From: Polynucleobacter sp.
GTDB taxonomy: Bacteria > Pseudomonadota > Gammaproteobacteria > Burkholderiales > Burkholderiaceae
DNA length: 64,000 bases
Direction of reading: 5' to 3'
NCBI GenBank assembly: GCA_044340835.1
Contig: JBIISV010000001.1
Coordinates: forward strand, 13,837-77,836
The notes beneath the pieces are model-generated. The model was not told the DNA's origin, searched no databases, and saw nothing but the letters and a program-made list of their open reading frames with translations. This document shows positions 1-10,794 of this stretch, in pieces (the first letter of the stretch is position 1; each line of letters begins with the position of its first letter). The translations under genes were made by a program, and so were the position numbers.

Positions 1-1495
1 GAATATTTCCCTGCCACGTATTGAGTAAATCCTGGCGCAGCAACAAAATTAAGAGTAGAGCCATGAGGGCAATCCCTAGAGCCGTAATTTGCATCACTGC
101 AAATCCTGCACGACGCGATTGCGTCTTGAGAGCAAAACGCAAGGCAAAACTATTTGCACTCCATTTAGAAAATAGTCTATTTAATACGCGTAAGGATAGC
201 CAGGCAGAAGCCGCAAAGAGAGACACTGCCAAGCCAAAACTCAACCCAACCCAAGAAGCCAACTTCCAATCTCTGGCAGCCATCACAATTAAGGCCAGGC
301 AAGCGATCAGCCCAAAAAGTGCCACCCAAACTACCTTAATATTGACTGCACCTAGTTCTTTACGAATCAGTCGTATCGGTGAAATCATTACTAGACTCAA
401 TAATGGCGGTCCAGCGAAGCCTGCAAGCAAGCAAGAGGAAAATAAAATACTCCATACCACAGGCCAAATCGATACGGCAGGTAAATTAGCCATCACTAAA
501 TTACCTAAAATACGCATTAAGAGTTCTTGTACTCCGTAACCAATTATTGCGCCGATGAAGGCAGCCAATAGGCTAAGACCAATCAATATTTTTATTTGAT
601 TGAGTAAGATCGTATTTTGAGTGGCGCCTAGACATTTCATGACAGCACAAACATCGGCCTGCTTAAGAACATATCGGCGTGCAGACAAAGCAATTGCCAC
701 AGCAGCGACCATCGCTGTCAGCAAAGCCACTAATGATAAGAATCGCTCTGCCCGCTCCAAGGTTTTTCGCATCATCGGTTGCGCATTTTCCAAAGTCTCA
801 ATGCGTAAACCACGCAAACCTTCAGACTCTATCCACCGGATAGCCCACTTTTCATAGGTGGAGATCGCTCGATCCTCTCCTGCGAGTAATAGGCGGTAGG
901 TGACACGACTACCCAAACCAATCAAACCCGTAGCAGGCAAGTCATCTAGCGACATCATGACACGCGGGGCAAAATTCATAAATCCAGCGCCACGGTCTAG
1001 CTCGCGCTCCAAGACTCCGCTAATGACAAATGCCTTATCACCCAAGAGCATCTGATCGCCCACTTTAGCTCGCAATGTATTGAGCATTGCAGGATCAACC
1101 CATACGGAACCTGTCGGTGGAGTAGAGCTTAATTGAGGAGGCGAGATCTGTAGGTTGCCACGCAAGGGATAGGCAGAGCTCACCGCCTTTAGTGAGGCCA
1201 GCTTGCTTTGCGAGCCAACCGTTGCCATACTAGGAAAGACGATGGTTTGGGCAATCTTTAGCTGTCGATCTTGAGCTTCCTGGATAAGGCGCTGAGCTAG
1301 CGGCTGATCAGCCACTAATAACAAATCCGCAGCAAGCAGTTGTCGAGCATCCAACTGAAAAGCGCGCTGCATTCGGTCAGCTAAAAAACTGACGCTAGAT
1401 AAAGCTGCTACAGAGAGAGTTAGCGCAACCAGGAGCGCTATTAATTCGCTGGAGCGAAAATCCCGCCTTATACCCTGAAAGAAACTGGCTAGCAC
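1..1495 (-). CDS. ABC transporter permease, FtsX/YbbP-like (3' part runs off the window start)
   Basis: Manual minus-strand reading gives RRDFRSSELIALLVALTLSVAALSSVSFLADRMQRAFQLDARQLLAADLLL, then LKAVSSAYPLRGNL; probable GTG start at 1495; absent from the ORF track because it is truncated. Confidence 0.8.
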   Translation of the reverse strand, partial: MLASFFQGIRRDFRSSELIALLVALTLSVAALSSVSFLADRMQRAFQLDARQLLAADLLLVADQPLAQRLIQEAQDRQLKIAQTIVFPSMATVGSQSKLASLKAVSSAYPLRGNLQISPPQLSSTPPTGSVWVDPAMLNTLRAKVGDQMLLGDKAFVISGVLERELDRGAGFMNFAPRVMMSLDDLPATGLIGLGSRVTYRLLLAGEDRAISTYEKWAIRWIESEGLRGLRIETLENAQPMMRKTLERAERFLSLVALLTAMVAAVAIALSARRYVLKQADVCAVMKCLGATQNTILLNQIKILIGLSLLAAFIGAIIGYGVQELLMRILGNLVMANLPAVSIWPVVWSILFSSCLLAGFAGPPLLSLVMISPIRLIRKELGAVNIKVVWVALFGLIACLALIVMAARDWKLASWVGLSFGLAVSLFAASAWLSLRVLNRLFSKWSANSFALRFALKTQSRRAGFAVMQITALGIALMALLLILLLRQDLLNTWQGNI

Positions 1496-1500
1496 TGCGA

Positions 1501-2286
1501 TTAGACTGCCTGTATTTGACCGCCATCAACCCGGATCACTGACCCAGTAATGAAGGAGGCATTTTGACTGGCCAAAAATGCAGCTGCATCACCGTACTCC
1601 CGCGGGTCTCCATAGCGACCCATCGGTATCTGCCTTAAGCTAGCTTGCACGACAGCTTCGTAGCTGATGTTTTCACGTTGCGCACGTGCCTCATCTAGCT
1701 GGCGTAAACGGTCGGTTGCTATACGACCCGGCATGATCACATTCACAGTAATACCTTGGGCGGCTACTTCGGAGGCTAAAGTTTTAGACCAGGCTAGGAG
1801 TGCTGCACGCAAAGTATTGGAAATGGCTAGATTTTTAATTGGGGCAATAGCACCTGAAGTCGTACTCGTAATAATACGGCCCCACTGACGTTGACGCATT
1901 CCAGGTAGAACCCGATCAGTAATGGCAATCAGTGATAGAACCATATCGTTAAAACTCTTTTGCCATAAAGCGGGGTCTTGACCAGTGGCTAGGGTTGGAG
2001 GAGGTCCGCCAGTGTTATTAATCAAGATATCAATGGGTCCTAAATCTTGCTCTACCTTGCTAACCAAGGCGTCAATCACCGAGTGATCCGACAAATCCCA
2101 ACTCAGAGCCAAAGCCTTGCCGCCAGCAGCCTCGATCAGTTCAACCGACTTTTTTAAGCCTTCTGGGTTGCGGCCAGTTACGGCGACTTTGACGCCTTCA
2201 CGTGCTAAAGAAACAGCCATCGCCTGACCTAAACCTCGGCTTGACGCCATTACTAAAGCAACCTTACCTTTGAGCCCTAAATCCAT
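1501..2286 (-). CDS. Short-chain dehydrogenase/reductase (3-oxoacyl-ACP reductase-like)
   Basis: MDLGLKGKVALVMASSRGLG, NNTGGPP, VNVIMPGRIAT, ITGSVIRVDGG; ATG at 2286. Confidence 0.85.
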   Translation of the reverse strand: MDLGLKGKVALVMASSRGLGQAMAVSLAREGVKVAVTGRNPEGLKKSVELIEAAGGKALALSWDLSDHSVIDALVSKVEQDLGPIDILINNTGGPPPTLATGQDPALWQKSFNDMVLSLIAITDRVLPGMRQRQWGRIITSTTSGAIAPIKNLAISNTLRAALLAWSKTLASEVAAQGITVNVIMPGRIATDRLRQLDEARAQRENISYEAVVQASLRQIPMGRYGDPREYGDAAAFLASQNASFITGSVIRVDGGQIQAV

Positions 2287-2333
2287 ATTTTCTCCATCTT
2301 CATTTTTTATAAACAAGGCATTTTCTGAAAGAA

Positions 2334-2984
2334 CTACTGCCCGAGAGGTTTAGGCAGATTTCCAGCATATTGATACAGTACCACTTCGTACTCTTGTAAT
2401 ATTTGTGCCAAGGCCTCTTGCTGACCCAAGACCAATGCCTGCGGGGTATTGTCTTTTAGTGCAACTCTCTTGGTGTAGCGATTTTTACCAATGACTGGAT
2501 TGCGTTTTTGAGGATCGGTTACGGTCAGGAAAAACTCGATTGTGACGACCGCCTCAGGGCGAACTCGATAATCACCATAAAACTCCTCTATAGAGGTCTG
2601 CAGGACATAATACGGAAAGAAGCTATTTCCCTGTCCTACCGTCATCGAGAAGATCTGAGCACTATTCAGCCACTGTCGAGTGGCATTACTCACCATCTCA
2701 TTGGGCAACACAGAATAAATATTGTAGAAATCTTTTTCGTAGCGCTGATCACCTAAACGGTAGACCAAGGATTTGCCATCAAATGGAGGTGTAGTAGATG
2801 CTGGACCCATCTTCAGCCAAAGATCCGTTCGAGGCTTATAAGGCGTACCAGTTCGCTCCGGCGCTATCATCCAGCTAGTGGTCCCTAGTGCAGATTGCTT
2901 TGGTAAGGAGCAGGCGCTTACAGCGGTCATCACGAAGATGATTGCAGCAAATCGAGAAAAGTATTTGATATTTTGAACTCTCAT
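2334..2984 (-). CDS. ABC-type transport auxiliary lipoprotein (PqiC-like)
   Basis: Lipobox VSAC; last gene of an MlaE/MlaF/MlaD operon. Confidence 0.75.
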   Translation of the reverse strand: MRVQNIKYFSRFAAIIFVMTAVSACSLPKQSALGTTSWMIAPERTGTPYKPRTDLWLKMGPASTTPPFDGKSLVYRLGDQRYEKDFYNIYSVLPNEMVSNATRQWLNSAQIFSMTVGQGNSFFPYYVLQTSIEEFYGDYRVRPEAVVTIEFFLTVTDPQKRNPVIGKNRYTKRVALKDNTPQALVLGQQEALAQILQEYEVVLYQYAGNLPKPLGQ

Positions 2985-3895
2985 TTTTGAGCTCCATTCA
3001 TTGGCGGTGTAATTCGAGCAGGCGGCTCACCCCAGATTAATGTCGCTGGAGATTGGCTAGCTACGCGAGTAAATTCGTTTAACTGCTCACTAGCTTGGCG
3101 CAAGTTCTCCAAAGTAGCAGTGGTATCACCTTGCACGCTAGTGACAGTTTGACGAAGAGAAATTATGGTTGCAACTAATTCACGCATCAAAATGTTCAAC
3201 TGGTCTTTATCGGTCACTTTGGCAATACGCTCCAACAAGACATTGAGCGCTTTTACAGAATTAATTAAGCCAACATTATCTTTTCCATTTCCAGCCATCA
3301 ATATATTCAGATTACCCAAGAGTGCGTCAAACTTCTTTTGGGTACCATCAACATCTAAGGCATTCAATCCACCAATGAGCTTCTGAATTCCGGAAATAAT
3401 TTCATCTGCTTGGTTTGGCATGGAGGGAACAACTGGATACTGTGATTGCCATTTATAAGGAAGTGAAGAATATCCAGCTGTACCTGGATAAAAATCCAAT
3501 TCCACATAATTCACACCAGTAATACCCATCGATTTAATACGTGCACGCAAGTTATCTTTGATAAAAGTCTCTAAATGATTTTTCTCAAGGGCTTCTCCAA
3601 AAATTTGCATCCTAACAACCACATATTCTTGTTTTTGTGCCATTGGAAGGTTTTTCTCGTATAAATCACCTGATAAGCTAATTCCCGTAACCTGTCCAAT
3701 CTTGACGCCCCGGAATCGCACAGCAGCGCCAGTATCCAGACCCGTTACCGACTGCTTAACATAGGTTTCTACCGTAAACGATTTCCTAAAGAATTGTCCT
3801 GAGCCAAAAATCAACACTACAGCGATTAGCACTCCGATCGCTGCTAGAACAAAAACGCCGAGGCGGAAATAATTTGGATTAGAGTTATTACTCAT
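2981..3895 (-). CDS. MCE/MlaD-family substrate-binding protein
   Basis: N-terminal TM helix; SVTGLDTGAAVRFRGVKIGQV MCE motif; coiled-coil C-terminus. Confidence 0.9.
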   Translation of the reverse strand: MSNNSNPNYFRLGVFVLAAIGVLIAVVLIFGSGQFFRKSFTVETYVKQSVTGLDTGAAVRFRGVKIGQVTGISLSGDLYEKNLPMAQKQEYVVVRMQIFGEALEKNHLETFIKDNLRARIKSMGITGVNYVELDFYPGTAGYSSLPYKWQSQYPVVPSMPNQADEIISGIQKLIGGLNALDVDGTQKKFDALLGNLNILMAGNGKDNVGLINSVKALNVLLERIAKVTDKDQLNILMRELVATIISLRQTVTSVQGDTTATLENLRQASEQLNEFTRVASQSPATLIWGEPPARITPPMNGAQK

Positions 3896-4659
3896 GCTAC
3901 TTCCTTGCTCATGATGCGATTAAAGAATTGATGCACCCTGGGATCTTTACTGGTATCTCGCAATGCCTTGGGATCCCCTTCGGCAATAATGCCCTTGGCG
4001 TCTTTGTCCAACATAATGACTTTATCAGCGATCGAATAAATACTCGCCAACTCATGCGAAACAATGACAAACGTAAAGCCTAGATTTTTTGAGAGGTCTA
4101 AAATCGTACTATCGAGATCGGCGGATGTGATTGGGTCAAGACCGGCCGAAGGTTCATCTAAAAATAAGATTTTTGGATCCAAAGCCATCGCACGTGCAAT
4201 AGCAGCGCGCTTTTGCATGCCACCGCTGATTTCACTAGGCATATACGTTTCGTATGGGAGTAGACCTACCAAATCAAGCTTACAGCGAGCTAAAAGCTGC
4301 ATTTGATCTCTACTTAGTTCGGTGTACTCCTCCATAAAGAGGGTGACGTTATCGAGTAAGTTCATAGAGCCAAACAAAGCCCCCTGCTGATACATGACAC
4401 CAAAGCTCGTCATAATCTTCTGACGCTCAGCGCCCTGTGCAACGGTAATGTTTTGGCCTTCAATCAGCACATCTCCTGAGAGCGGTTGATACAAGCCAAA
4501 TAGATTCTTGAGAAGACTAGATTTACCACAACCCGATCCACCCAAAATAACGAAGATCTCGCCATTCTGGACAGAAAAGTTGAGGTTTTGTAAGAGCACT
4601 TTTGAGCCATAGCCTACAGTGAGATTTTGAACATCGATTGCCTTATCAAGATCGTTCAT
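3892..4659 (-). CDS. MlaF-like ABC transporter ATP-binding protein
   Basis: Walker A GGSGCGKS, ISGGMQKR signature, LFLDEPSAGLDP. Confidence 0.92.
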   Translation of the reverse strand: MNDLDKAIDVQNLTVGYGSKVLLQNLNFSVQNGEIFVILGGSGCGKSSLLKNLFGLYQPLSGDVLIEGQNITVAQGAERQKIMTSFGVMYQQGALFGSMNLLDNVTLFMEEYTELSRDQMQLLARCKLDLVGLLPYETYMPSEISGGMQKRAAIARAMALDPKILFLDEPSAGLDPITSADLDSTILDLSKNLGFTFVIVSHELASIYSIADKVIMLDKDAKGIIAEGDPKALRDTSKDPRVHQFFNRIMSKEVA

Positions 4660-5831
4660 TAGAACCCTGTCCTATAAGAAATGTAAGCAAAGATCCCATC
4701 TACTAAGACGATCATGACAATACTACTGACTACCGCTCGTGTTGCGGAGATTCCCACGGCAGCTGCGCCGGTGCCAGTCTGCATTCCGCGCAAACAACCC
4801 ACTGCTGAGATCACCACGCCAAATAAAGTTGCCTTTAGTAAGCCCGATAAAACGTCTTCAATACCGACTGCAGATAACATGCCGTTATAGAAATTAATAA
4901 AGGGGACTCCATAGATCTGCATGGTCAGCATGGATGCAAAAATACTCACAATATCGGCATATAGAGTGAGAATAGGCATCACCAATATTCCAGCAAGTAC
5001 TCTGGGTACTACTAGGAAACGAATGGGGCTTAAGCCGCCAGTCACTAATGCATCTACCTCACTATTGACAGTCATGGTGCCAATCTCTGCGGCAAATGCA
5101 GCTGATGAGCGGCCAGCCAACAGGATCGCCGTGATGAGTGGCCCCATCTCACGCACGATACCCAAGGCGGCAAGAGGTCCCACAAAAGAAACGGCACCAA
5201 ATTGCTCCATTCCAATTGCAGCTTGGAAGGATAAAATCACACCGATTAAGAATGCAACTAAACCCACGATCGGCAATGCAGCTATACCTGCTTCTGTGGC
5301 AGCATTTACAAAGTCGCCCCAACGAACTTGCCTAGGATGGCGGATAGACCAAACTAAGTCAGCTGTAAGATGGCCAGTAAAGACAATCAGTCCTCGAGCA
5401 TCATCCAATAAATTTTGGGTAGCCATCCCTACGCTCACCACAAAACTCGTATTGGGTTTTGGGATAGGTGTTGGAAACAAATGGTCGATCGGATCAAACT
5501 CTTGCAAGAGCGGCTGATATTTTGGATCTAAGCCTTGAATCGAAAATTGCCCTCCTGCTTTTTGTTGAGCCTCTTGAACATCAATCAAGAAAGCAAATGC
5601 AGAACCATCTAAAGAGCTAACTTTTGACGCATCAAAAATCAGTGAGCGAGATTGAGAATTACCCTGCCCTAACCACTGACTTTGTTTTTGACGGATATCC
5701 GTCCAAACACCCGCTAAGGAGTAAACATTGACAGCACCACTCAAGGTCACTTGGGCATGCATTTGGTCGGTTTGAGACCAAATCGCGACTGGAGTTGTCA
5801 AAGCCGGGGAAATGGGGTCTGTAACACTCAT
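4659..5831 (-). CDS. MlaE-family ABC permease with N-terminal STAS domain
   Basis: REMGPLITAILLAGRSSAAFAAEIGTM motif; STAS-like DASKVSSLDGS; probable start MSVTDP at 5831. Confidence 0.9.
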   Translation of the reverse strand: MSVTDPISPALTTPVAIWSQTDQMHAQVTLSGAVNVYSLAGVWTDIRQKQSQWLGQGNSQSRSLIFDASKVSSLDGSAFAFLIDVQEAQQKAGGQFSIQGLDPKYQPLLQEFDPIDHLFPTPIPKPNTSFVVSVGMATQNLLDDARGLIVFTGHLTADLVWSIRHPRQVRWGDFVNAATEAGIAALPIVGLVAFLIGVILSFQAAIGMEQFGAVSFVGPLAALGIVREMGPLITAILLAGRSSAAFAAEIGTMTVNSEVDALVTGGLSPIRFLVVPRVLAGILVMPILTLYADIVSIFASMLTMQIYGVPFINFYNGMLSAVGIEDVLSGLLKATLFGVVISAVGCLRGMQTGTGAAAVGISATRAVVSSIVMIVLVDGIFAYISYRTGF

Positions 5832-5920
5832 AGGCAGACTATAAGGGATCTGGATGAAACCAATATGAAAATACCTGAAAAGAAAGAGGGCCCAGTTTTT
5901 CAACTAGGCCCTATATAGTT

Positions 5921-5997
5921 TGGTGCGGCTGGCAGGAATTGAACCCACGACCCCTTGGTTCGTAGCCAAGTACTCTATCCAGCTGAGCTACAGCCGC
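5921..5997 (-). tRNA. tRNA-Arg(ACG)
   Basis: Reverse complement GCGGCTGTAGCTCAGCTGGATAGAGTACTTGGCTACGAACCAAGGGGTCGTGGGTTCAATTCCTGCCAGCCGCACCA: 77-nt cloverleaf, anticodon ACG, CCA end. Confidence 0.97.
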
Positions 5998-6015
5998 AAC
6001 AGTCATAATTATGCC

Positions 6016-6516
6016 ATGGAAGAGAAGAACTACATTACACCCGCCGGTCATGAGCGCATTAAAAGCGAGCTTTTACAGCTTCTCAACCTTGATCGGCCTG
6101 AGATTGTTAAGGTTGTGCACTGGGCGGCCTCCAATGGTGATCGCTCAGAAAACGGCGACTATATTTATGGAAAAAAGCGCCTCCGAGAGATTGATCGCCG
6201 GATTCGCTTCCTCAATCAGCGCCTCGAATTTGCTGTTGTGGTCGATAACCAAGCCAGAAAATCCGGGGACGCGGATAGTGAGCAGGTCTTTTTTGGGGCT
6301 ACCGTCACCTATGTCAATTTAGAGGGCATCGACTCCGGCAAAGAAACTACTATCACGATAGTAGGGGTCGATGAGGTCGATTTAGAGTGCGGACAGGTGA
6401 GCTGGGTATCTCCCATTGCCAAGGCCTTAATTAAGGCTCGAATCGGGGATTGCGTCAAAATTCAGACGCCTACCGGCCCTACTGAGATCGAAATACTAGA
6501 CGTTCAATACCAGTAA
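6016..6516 (+). CDS. greB: Transcription elongation factor GreB
   Basis: MEEKNYITPAG, WAASNGDRSENGDYIYGKKRLREIDRRIRFL, VSWVSPIAKAL; the longer ORF-track start overlaps the tRNA. Confidence 0.95.
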   Translation: MEEKNYITPAGHERIKSELLQLLNLDRPEIVKVVHWAASNGDRSENGDYIYGKKRLREIDRRIRFLNQRLEFAVVVDNQARKSGDADSEQVFFGATVTYVNLEGIDSGKETTITIVGVDEVDLECGQVSWVSPIAKALIKARIGDCVKIQTPTGPTEIEILDVQYQ

Positions 6517-6531
6517 TGAGGCTACGCTAAT

Positions 6532-8877
6532 TTAGCTAATGCGGACTCGGGTCACGCGCATCACGTCATGATTGGCGCGTAGACTGCGCATCACCTTAGA
6601 AAGGTGCAAGCGGTCTGATACTTGAATTGTGAAGCGAATAGTGACAGCATCCTCTTTATAACGATCATCCATCGAGACATTCATAATGTTGGAGTCTGCG
6701 GCAGTCACACTACTTGCCACTCTAGCTAATACACCCTTACCTTGATGAGTATCAATTGCAAGGTCTACTTCAAACTCACGATTCACTTCTTTGCCCCACT
6801 CCACCTCAACCCATTTATCACTATCTTTTGATAGCATTCTGAGTGCTTGTGAACAATCATTGGTGTGGACCTGTAGACCCTCACCCTTGCCGAGGTAGCC
6901 AATAATATTGTCGCCTGGAATAGGATGACAGCAACTTTGAAAACTAATAGAGTTACCTTCGCGACCATCTACCAGAATAGCCTGACGCTGATGATGTTGG
7001 GCAGCGATTTCTTGTTGTACTGAAAGCCAGTCGGTTGAGCCCAAGCGCATTTGCTCTGAACCACCTTCATCATCAATCAAAATCTTTAATCGAATTGCCA
7101 ACTCTTGGGCAGATCTTCTACCTAGCGCAATATTGACACAGCCCTCTTCACGCGTCTTATCACCAGTCCAATGTAACAACTTTTCCCAGAGCTCGGGGGA
7201 TAACAATCCAGCATCAACCCCTTGTTGACGCAAGGCACTTGCTAAGAGACGTTCGCCTAGCTGAAGAGATTCAGCATAATGCTTAGTCTTAAGAGAGTGA
7301 CGAATAGAGGCACGGGCTTTGCCTGTTCTGACAAACGCCAGCCAACCTGGATTTGGTTGAGAGTTGGCAGATGTTACTACTTCGACAATATCACCGTTCT
7401 TCAATTCACTACGAAGTGGCAATTGCATGCCATTGATTTTGACAGCTACGCAAGTATTGCCCAAATCACTATGAATAGAGTATGCAAAGTCTAGGGCTGT
7501 GGCGCCACGAGGCAAGGCTCTGATCTGGCCTTTGGGTGTGAAAACATAAACAGCATCTGGGAATAAATCAATTTTGACGTGCTCTAAGAATTCCTGTGAG
7601 TCGCCACTGCTATCTTGAATATCAATTAATGATTGCAGCCACTGGTGCGCGCGGTTTTGGACCTCACTCATATCCGGTGAGCCATCTTTATAAGCCCAAT
7701 GTGCAGCGACACCTGACTCAGCAACCGCATGCATATCGCTAGTACGAATCTGAAACTCGACTGGTACACCAGAAGGACCTAATAGAGTTGTATGCAAGGA
7801 TTGATAACCGTTAAGTTTAGGAATCGCAATGTAATCCTTAAACTTCCCAGGCATTGGCTTATATAAAGAATGTAGTAAACCTAATGCACGGTAACACTCG
7901 TCAATTGAGTGGACGGTTACCCTAAAAGCATACACATCGAGTACCTGTGAAAAACTCATATGCTTGATGCGCATTTTCCTATAAATGCTAAAGAGGGTTT
8001 TTTCGCGCCCCTGTAGGTCTACCTCGAGATTCGCTTTTGCAAACGCCATCCTGGTGCTCTGTAAAATCTTTTCCACCATCTCCTTGCGATTGCCACGTGC
8101 CCGCTTCACTGCACCTTCAATTACCCGAAAGCGCATGGGCATTGAAAAACGGAAGCTTAATTCCTGCAAGTCACGGTAGATGATATTCAAACCGAGGCGG
8201 TGTGCAATCGGAGCATAGATCTCAGTCGTTTCCGCAGCAACTCTGCGACGCTTCTCCATTGGGACAGCATCGAGGGTACGCATATTGTGCGTCCGATCTG
8301 CTAGCTTTACCAAAATGACTCTGACATCACGTGCCATTGCCATAAACATTTTGCGAAAACTCTCTGCTTGCGCCTCAGCATGACTCTGGAACTCTAGCTT
8401 ATCTAGTTTGGTCAATCCCTCGACTAACTCGGCCACTTTGCCGCCAAACTTTTCGACTAAATCTGCTTGCGTGCAACCCGCATCCTCAATCACATCATGC
8501 ATAAGAGCAGCCATGATGGATGAAGCATCTAAACGCCATGAAGCACACAGCTCAGCAACTGCAAGAGGATGGGTGATGTAGGGCTCACCACTATGTCGAT
8601 ACTGACCTAAGTGAGCCGCATCGGCAAAATGAAAGGCTTGCTTGATTAAGCTTATCTCATCTGGCTTGAGATAAGCTAACTTGGAAATGAGTCCATCAAT
8701 AGAAACAACTTGATGCTTGAGGGGAAGCGCGGGTGTTGATGTAGGCCCAAACAAATGACGACTAGATTGCGCCAACATGGTGGCGATGATCGAAGACTTT
8801 TTAGTTTGGGAAATCTCTTCAGGCGAGATAAGGCCTTTGAATTCCGAAGTGTTAGGATCGCCTAAGGGGAGCTCCAC
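6532..8877 (-). CDS. spoT: Bifunctional (p)ppGpp synthetase/hydrolase SpoT
   Basis: HD domain (HPLAVA, HDVIED), KDYIAIPKLNGYQSLHT, TGS and ACT domains; downstream of rpoZ. Confidence 0.95.
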   Translation of the reverse strand: MELPLGDPNTSEFKGLISPEEISQTKKSSIIATMLAQSSRHLFGPTSTPALPLKHQVVSIDGLISKLAYLKPDEISLIKQAFHFADAAHLGQYRHSGEPYITHPLAVAELCASWRLDASSIMAALMHDVIEDAGCTQADLVEKFGGKVAELVEGLTKLDKLEFQSHAEAQAESFRKMFMAMARDVRVILVKLADRTHNMRTLDAVPMEKRRRVAAETTEIYAPIAHRLGLNIIYRDLQELSFRFSMPMRFRVIEGAVKRARGNRKEMVEKILQSTRMAFAKANLEVDLQGREKTLFSIYRKMRIKHMSFSQVLDVYAFRVTVHSIDECYRALGLLHSLYKPMPGKFKDYIAIPKLNGYQSLHTTLLGPSGVPVEFQIRTSDMHAVAESGVAAHWAYKDGSPDMSEVQNRAHQWLQSLIDIQDSSGDSQEFLEHVKIDLFPDAVYVFTPKGQIRALPRGATALDFAYSIHSDLGNTCVAVKINGMQLPLRSELKNGDIVEVVTSANSQPNPGWLAFVRTGKARASIRHSLKTKHYAESLQLGERLLASALRQQGVDAGLLSPELWEKLLHWTGDKTREEGCVNIALGRRSAQELAIRLKILIDDEGGSEQMRLGSTDWLSVQQEIAAQHHQRQAILVDGREGNSISFQSCCHPIPGDNIIGYLGKGEGLQVHTNDCSQALRMLSKDSDKWVEVEWGKEVNREFEVDLAIDTHQGKGVLARVASSVTAADSNIMNVSMDDRYKEDAVTIRFTIQVSDRLHLSKVMRSLRANHDVMRVTRVRIS

Positions 8878-8892
8878 AACGGAACCCCTGAA

Positions 8893-9096
8893 TTACAAAG
8901 GTACTTTGGTCAGCATGTCACGGTCAGTTACACCAGCAGCAACTTCACGCAACGCAACAACTGTTGCTTTATCTCTGGACTCAACGCGTGGGGAGTGACC
9001 TTGAACTAACTGACGTGCGCGATAAGTCGCAGCCAATACCAGCTCAAAACGATTGGGGATAGTTTTTAGACAATCTTCTACAGTAATACGGGCCAT
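8893..9096 (-). CDS. rpoZ: RNA polymerase omega subunit
   Basis: [10 protein letters not shown]...[16 protein letters not shown]. Confidence 0.97.
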   Translation of the reverse strand: MARITVEDCLKTIPNRFELVLAATYRARQLVQGHSPRVESRDKATVVALREVAAGVTDRDMLTKVPL

Positions 9097-9140
9097 GCTG
9101 AACTCACTTAATTTAGCTTCGATATAGATAGGATAACTGA

Positions 9141-9791
9141 TTAGACCCCAAGCCGCCTTAAAAGTGCCGGGTTTCGAGTCATCATGGGTCCTGAGCGCAG
9201 TCGGCTAGCAGCCACCACATGGCGCAAATCCGTCAAGGCTTGCTCAAAATCATCATTTATCACAATAAAATCTGCCTCATGAGCATGTTGGAGCTCCAGA
9301 TGGGCTGCCGCCAGTCTCTTCTGAATAGTCGCCTCATCATCCTGCCCTCTTTTGCGCAAGCGCTCCTCTAAGGCCTCAAATGAAGGCGGGAAAATGAAAA
9401 TCCATTGCACTCCTGGAATAATTTGACGGATCTGTTGGGCGCCTTGCCAGTCGATTTCTAGCACGACATCACGTCCGGTATTCATTTGGGATTCAATCCA
9501 AGTCTTTGAAGTGCCATAAAAATTACCGTGCACCTCTGCCTGCTCTAAGAAATTACCTTGATCTCGCTCAGCAATAAATTCTTCTCTGGTAATAAATCGA
9601 TAGTCTTTACCATCCACCTCACCCGGCCTTGGTGCACGCGTCGTAGTTGAAAGAGACAGCTGAAGTGCGAGGTCTTCTTTTAACAAGGCATTCACTAAAG
9701 AGGATTTGCCTGCGCCTGACGGAGCAACAATCATCAACATGCTGCCTTGATAGGCAGGAGGAAGATTCAGTTTCTGATTAGGGCTGGCCAT
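9141..9791 (-). CDS. gmk: Guanylate kinase
   Basis: [34 protein letters not shown]; start codon uncertain. Confidence 0.96.
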   Translation of the reverse strand: MASPNQKLNLPPAYQGSMLMIVAPSGAGKSSLVNALLKEDLALQLSLSTTTRAPRPGEVDGKDYRFITREEFIAERDQGNFLEQAEVHGNFYGTSKTWIESQMNTGRDVVLEIDWQGAQQIRQIIPGVQWIFIFPPSFEALEERLRKRGQDDEATIQKRLAAAHLELQHAHEADFIVINDDFEQALTDLRHVVAASRLRSGPMMTRNPALLRRLGV

Positions 9792-9811
9792 ATGATTTAT
9801 CAAAAGATCGA

Positions 9812-10762
9812 TTACTCTAAATTTTGTACTTGTTCACGCATCTGCTCAATCAGAAGCTTGAGCTCTAAGGCAGCTTGTGTGCACTCTTCAGAAACGGATT
9901 TGGAGCTTAAGGTATTGGCTTCACGATTCAATTCTTGCATTAAGAAATCTAAACGCTTACCTACTGGCCCCTTGCCTGCCAGGGCGGCATCTACTGCTTG
10001 CAGATGGGTCTTTAGGCGTGCAAATTCTTCTGCCACATCAATACGGACCGCATAGAGCACTACCTCTTGACGAATACGCTCCATCAACTCTGTACCAGCC
10101 CCGCCAATCCCTTTCCCTTGCTCCTGAGCCGCCAAGGCTTGCGCCAAGCGTTCTGTGAGCTTTTCTTGATACTGGGTAACGTAGACCGGCAGCTTTGGCT
10201 CAAGCACTTTAATAATTTCACGCATTTTGGTAGTGATATTAGTCAAAACGGTGACCAAGGCTTTACCTTCAGCATGACGGCTGTCCATAAGGGCAGCTAA
10301 GGCGGCGCGCCCTGCTTTAACTGTGGCTGCAATCCAACCCTCTTCCTCGCCCCTAGGCTCAGAAACAATCCCAGGCCAACGCAAAATATCCGCAATCCGT
10401 AGCGCCTCTGCCTGAGGGAAGGCCAGCTGAGCCTGCTCTTGAAGGGTATATAAGGCATCGAGACGATCTTTACTTAAGGCCCCCAAGGCGTGAGGGTTTG
10501 CCTTGATTCCAACAGCTGCACCGGCTGCACCAGCATTGACCCTCCAGGCTGCACGAAACTCCACCTTACCCCGAGAAAGGCTTTGCGTCGCCAATTCTCG
10601 CAAGGCAGGCTCAGCCCCGCGACACTCGTCCGGAAGACGAAAGCCTAAATCCAGAAAGCGGCTATTCACAGCCCGACATTCCACTTGCAGATCAGCTACC
10701 ACACCAGCCCCTAGGGAGACTTGGCGAGAAGCGCTGCCATAACCAGTCATGCTCGATATCAT
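9812..10762 (-). CDS. yicC: YicC/YloC family endoribonuclease
   Basis: MISSMTGYG start; [22 protein letters not shown]; [11 protein letters not shown] end. Confidence 0.93.
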   Translation of the reverse strand: MISSMTGYGSASRQVSLGAGVVADLQVECRAVNSRFLDLGFRLPDECRGAEPALRELATQSLSRGKVEFRAAWRVNAGAAGAAVGIKANPHALGALSKDRLDALYTLQEQAQLAFPQAEALRIADILRWPGIVSEPRGEEEGWIAATVKAGRAALAALMDSRHAEGKALVTVLTNITTKMREIIKVLEPKLPVYVTQYQEKLTERLAQALAAQEQGKGIGGAGTELMERIRQEVVLYAVRIDVAEEFARLKTHLQAVDAALAGKGPVGKRLDFLMQELNREANTLSSKSVSEECTQAALELKLLIEQMREQVQNLE

Positions 10763-10794
10763 ATGGATATTGTAGATCTTTAGGACCACACCCC

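Noticed and set aside
21-857. Plus-strand ORFs 21..539 and 621..857
   Set aside because: Antisense shadows of the minus-strand ABC permease
5920-6015. N-terminal extension of the GreB ORF (MVRLAGIEPTTPWFVAKYSIQLSYSR)
   Set aside because: It is the antisense reading of tRNA-Arg; the real start is ATG 6016
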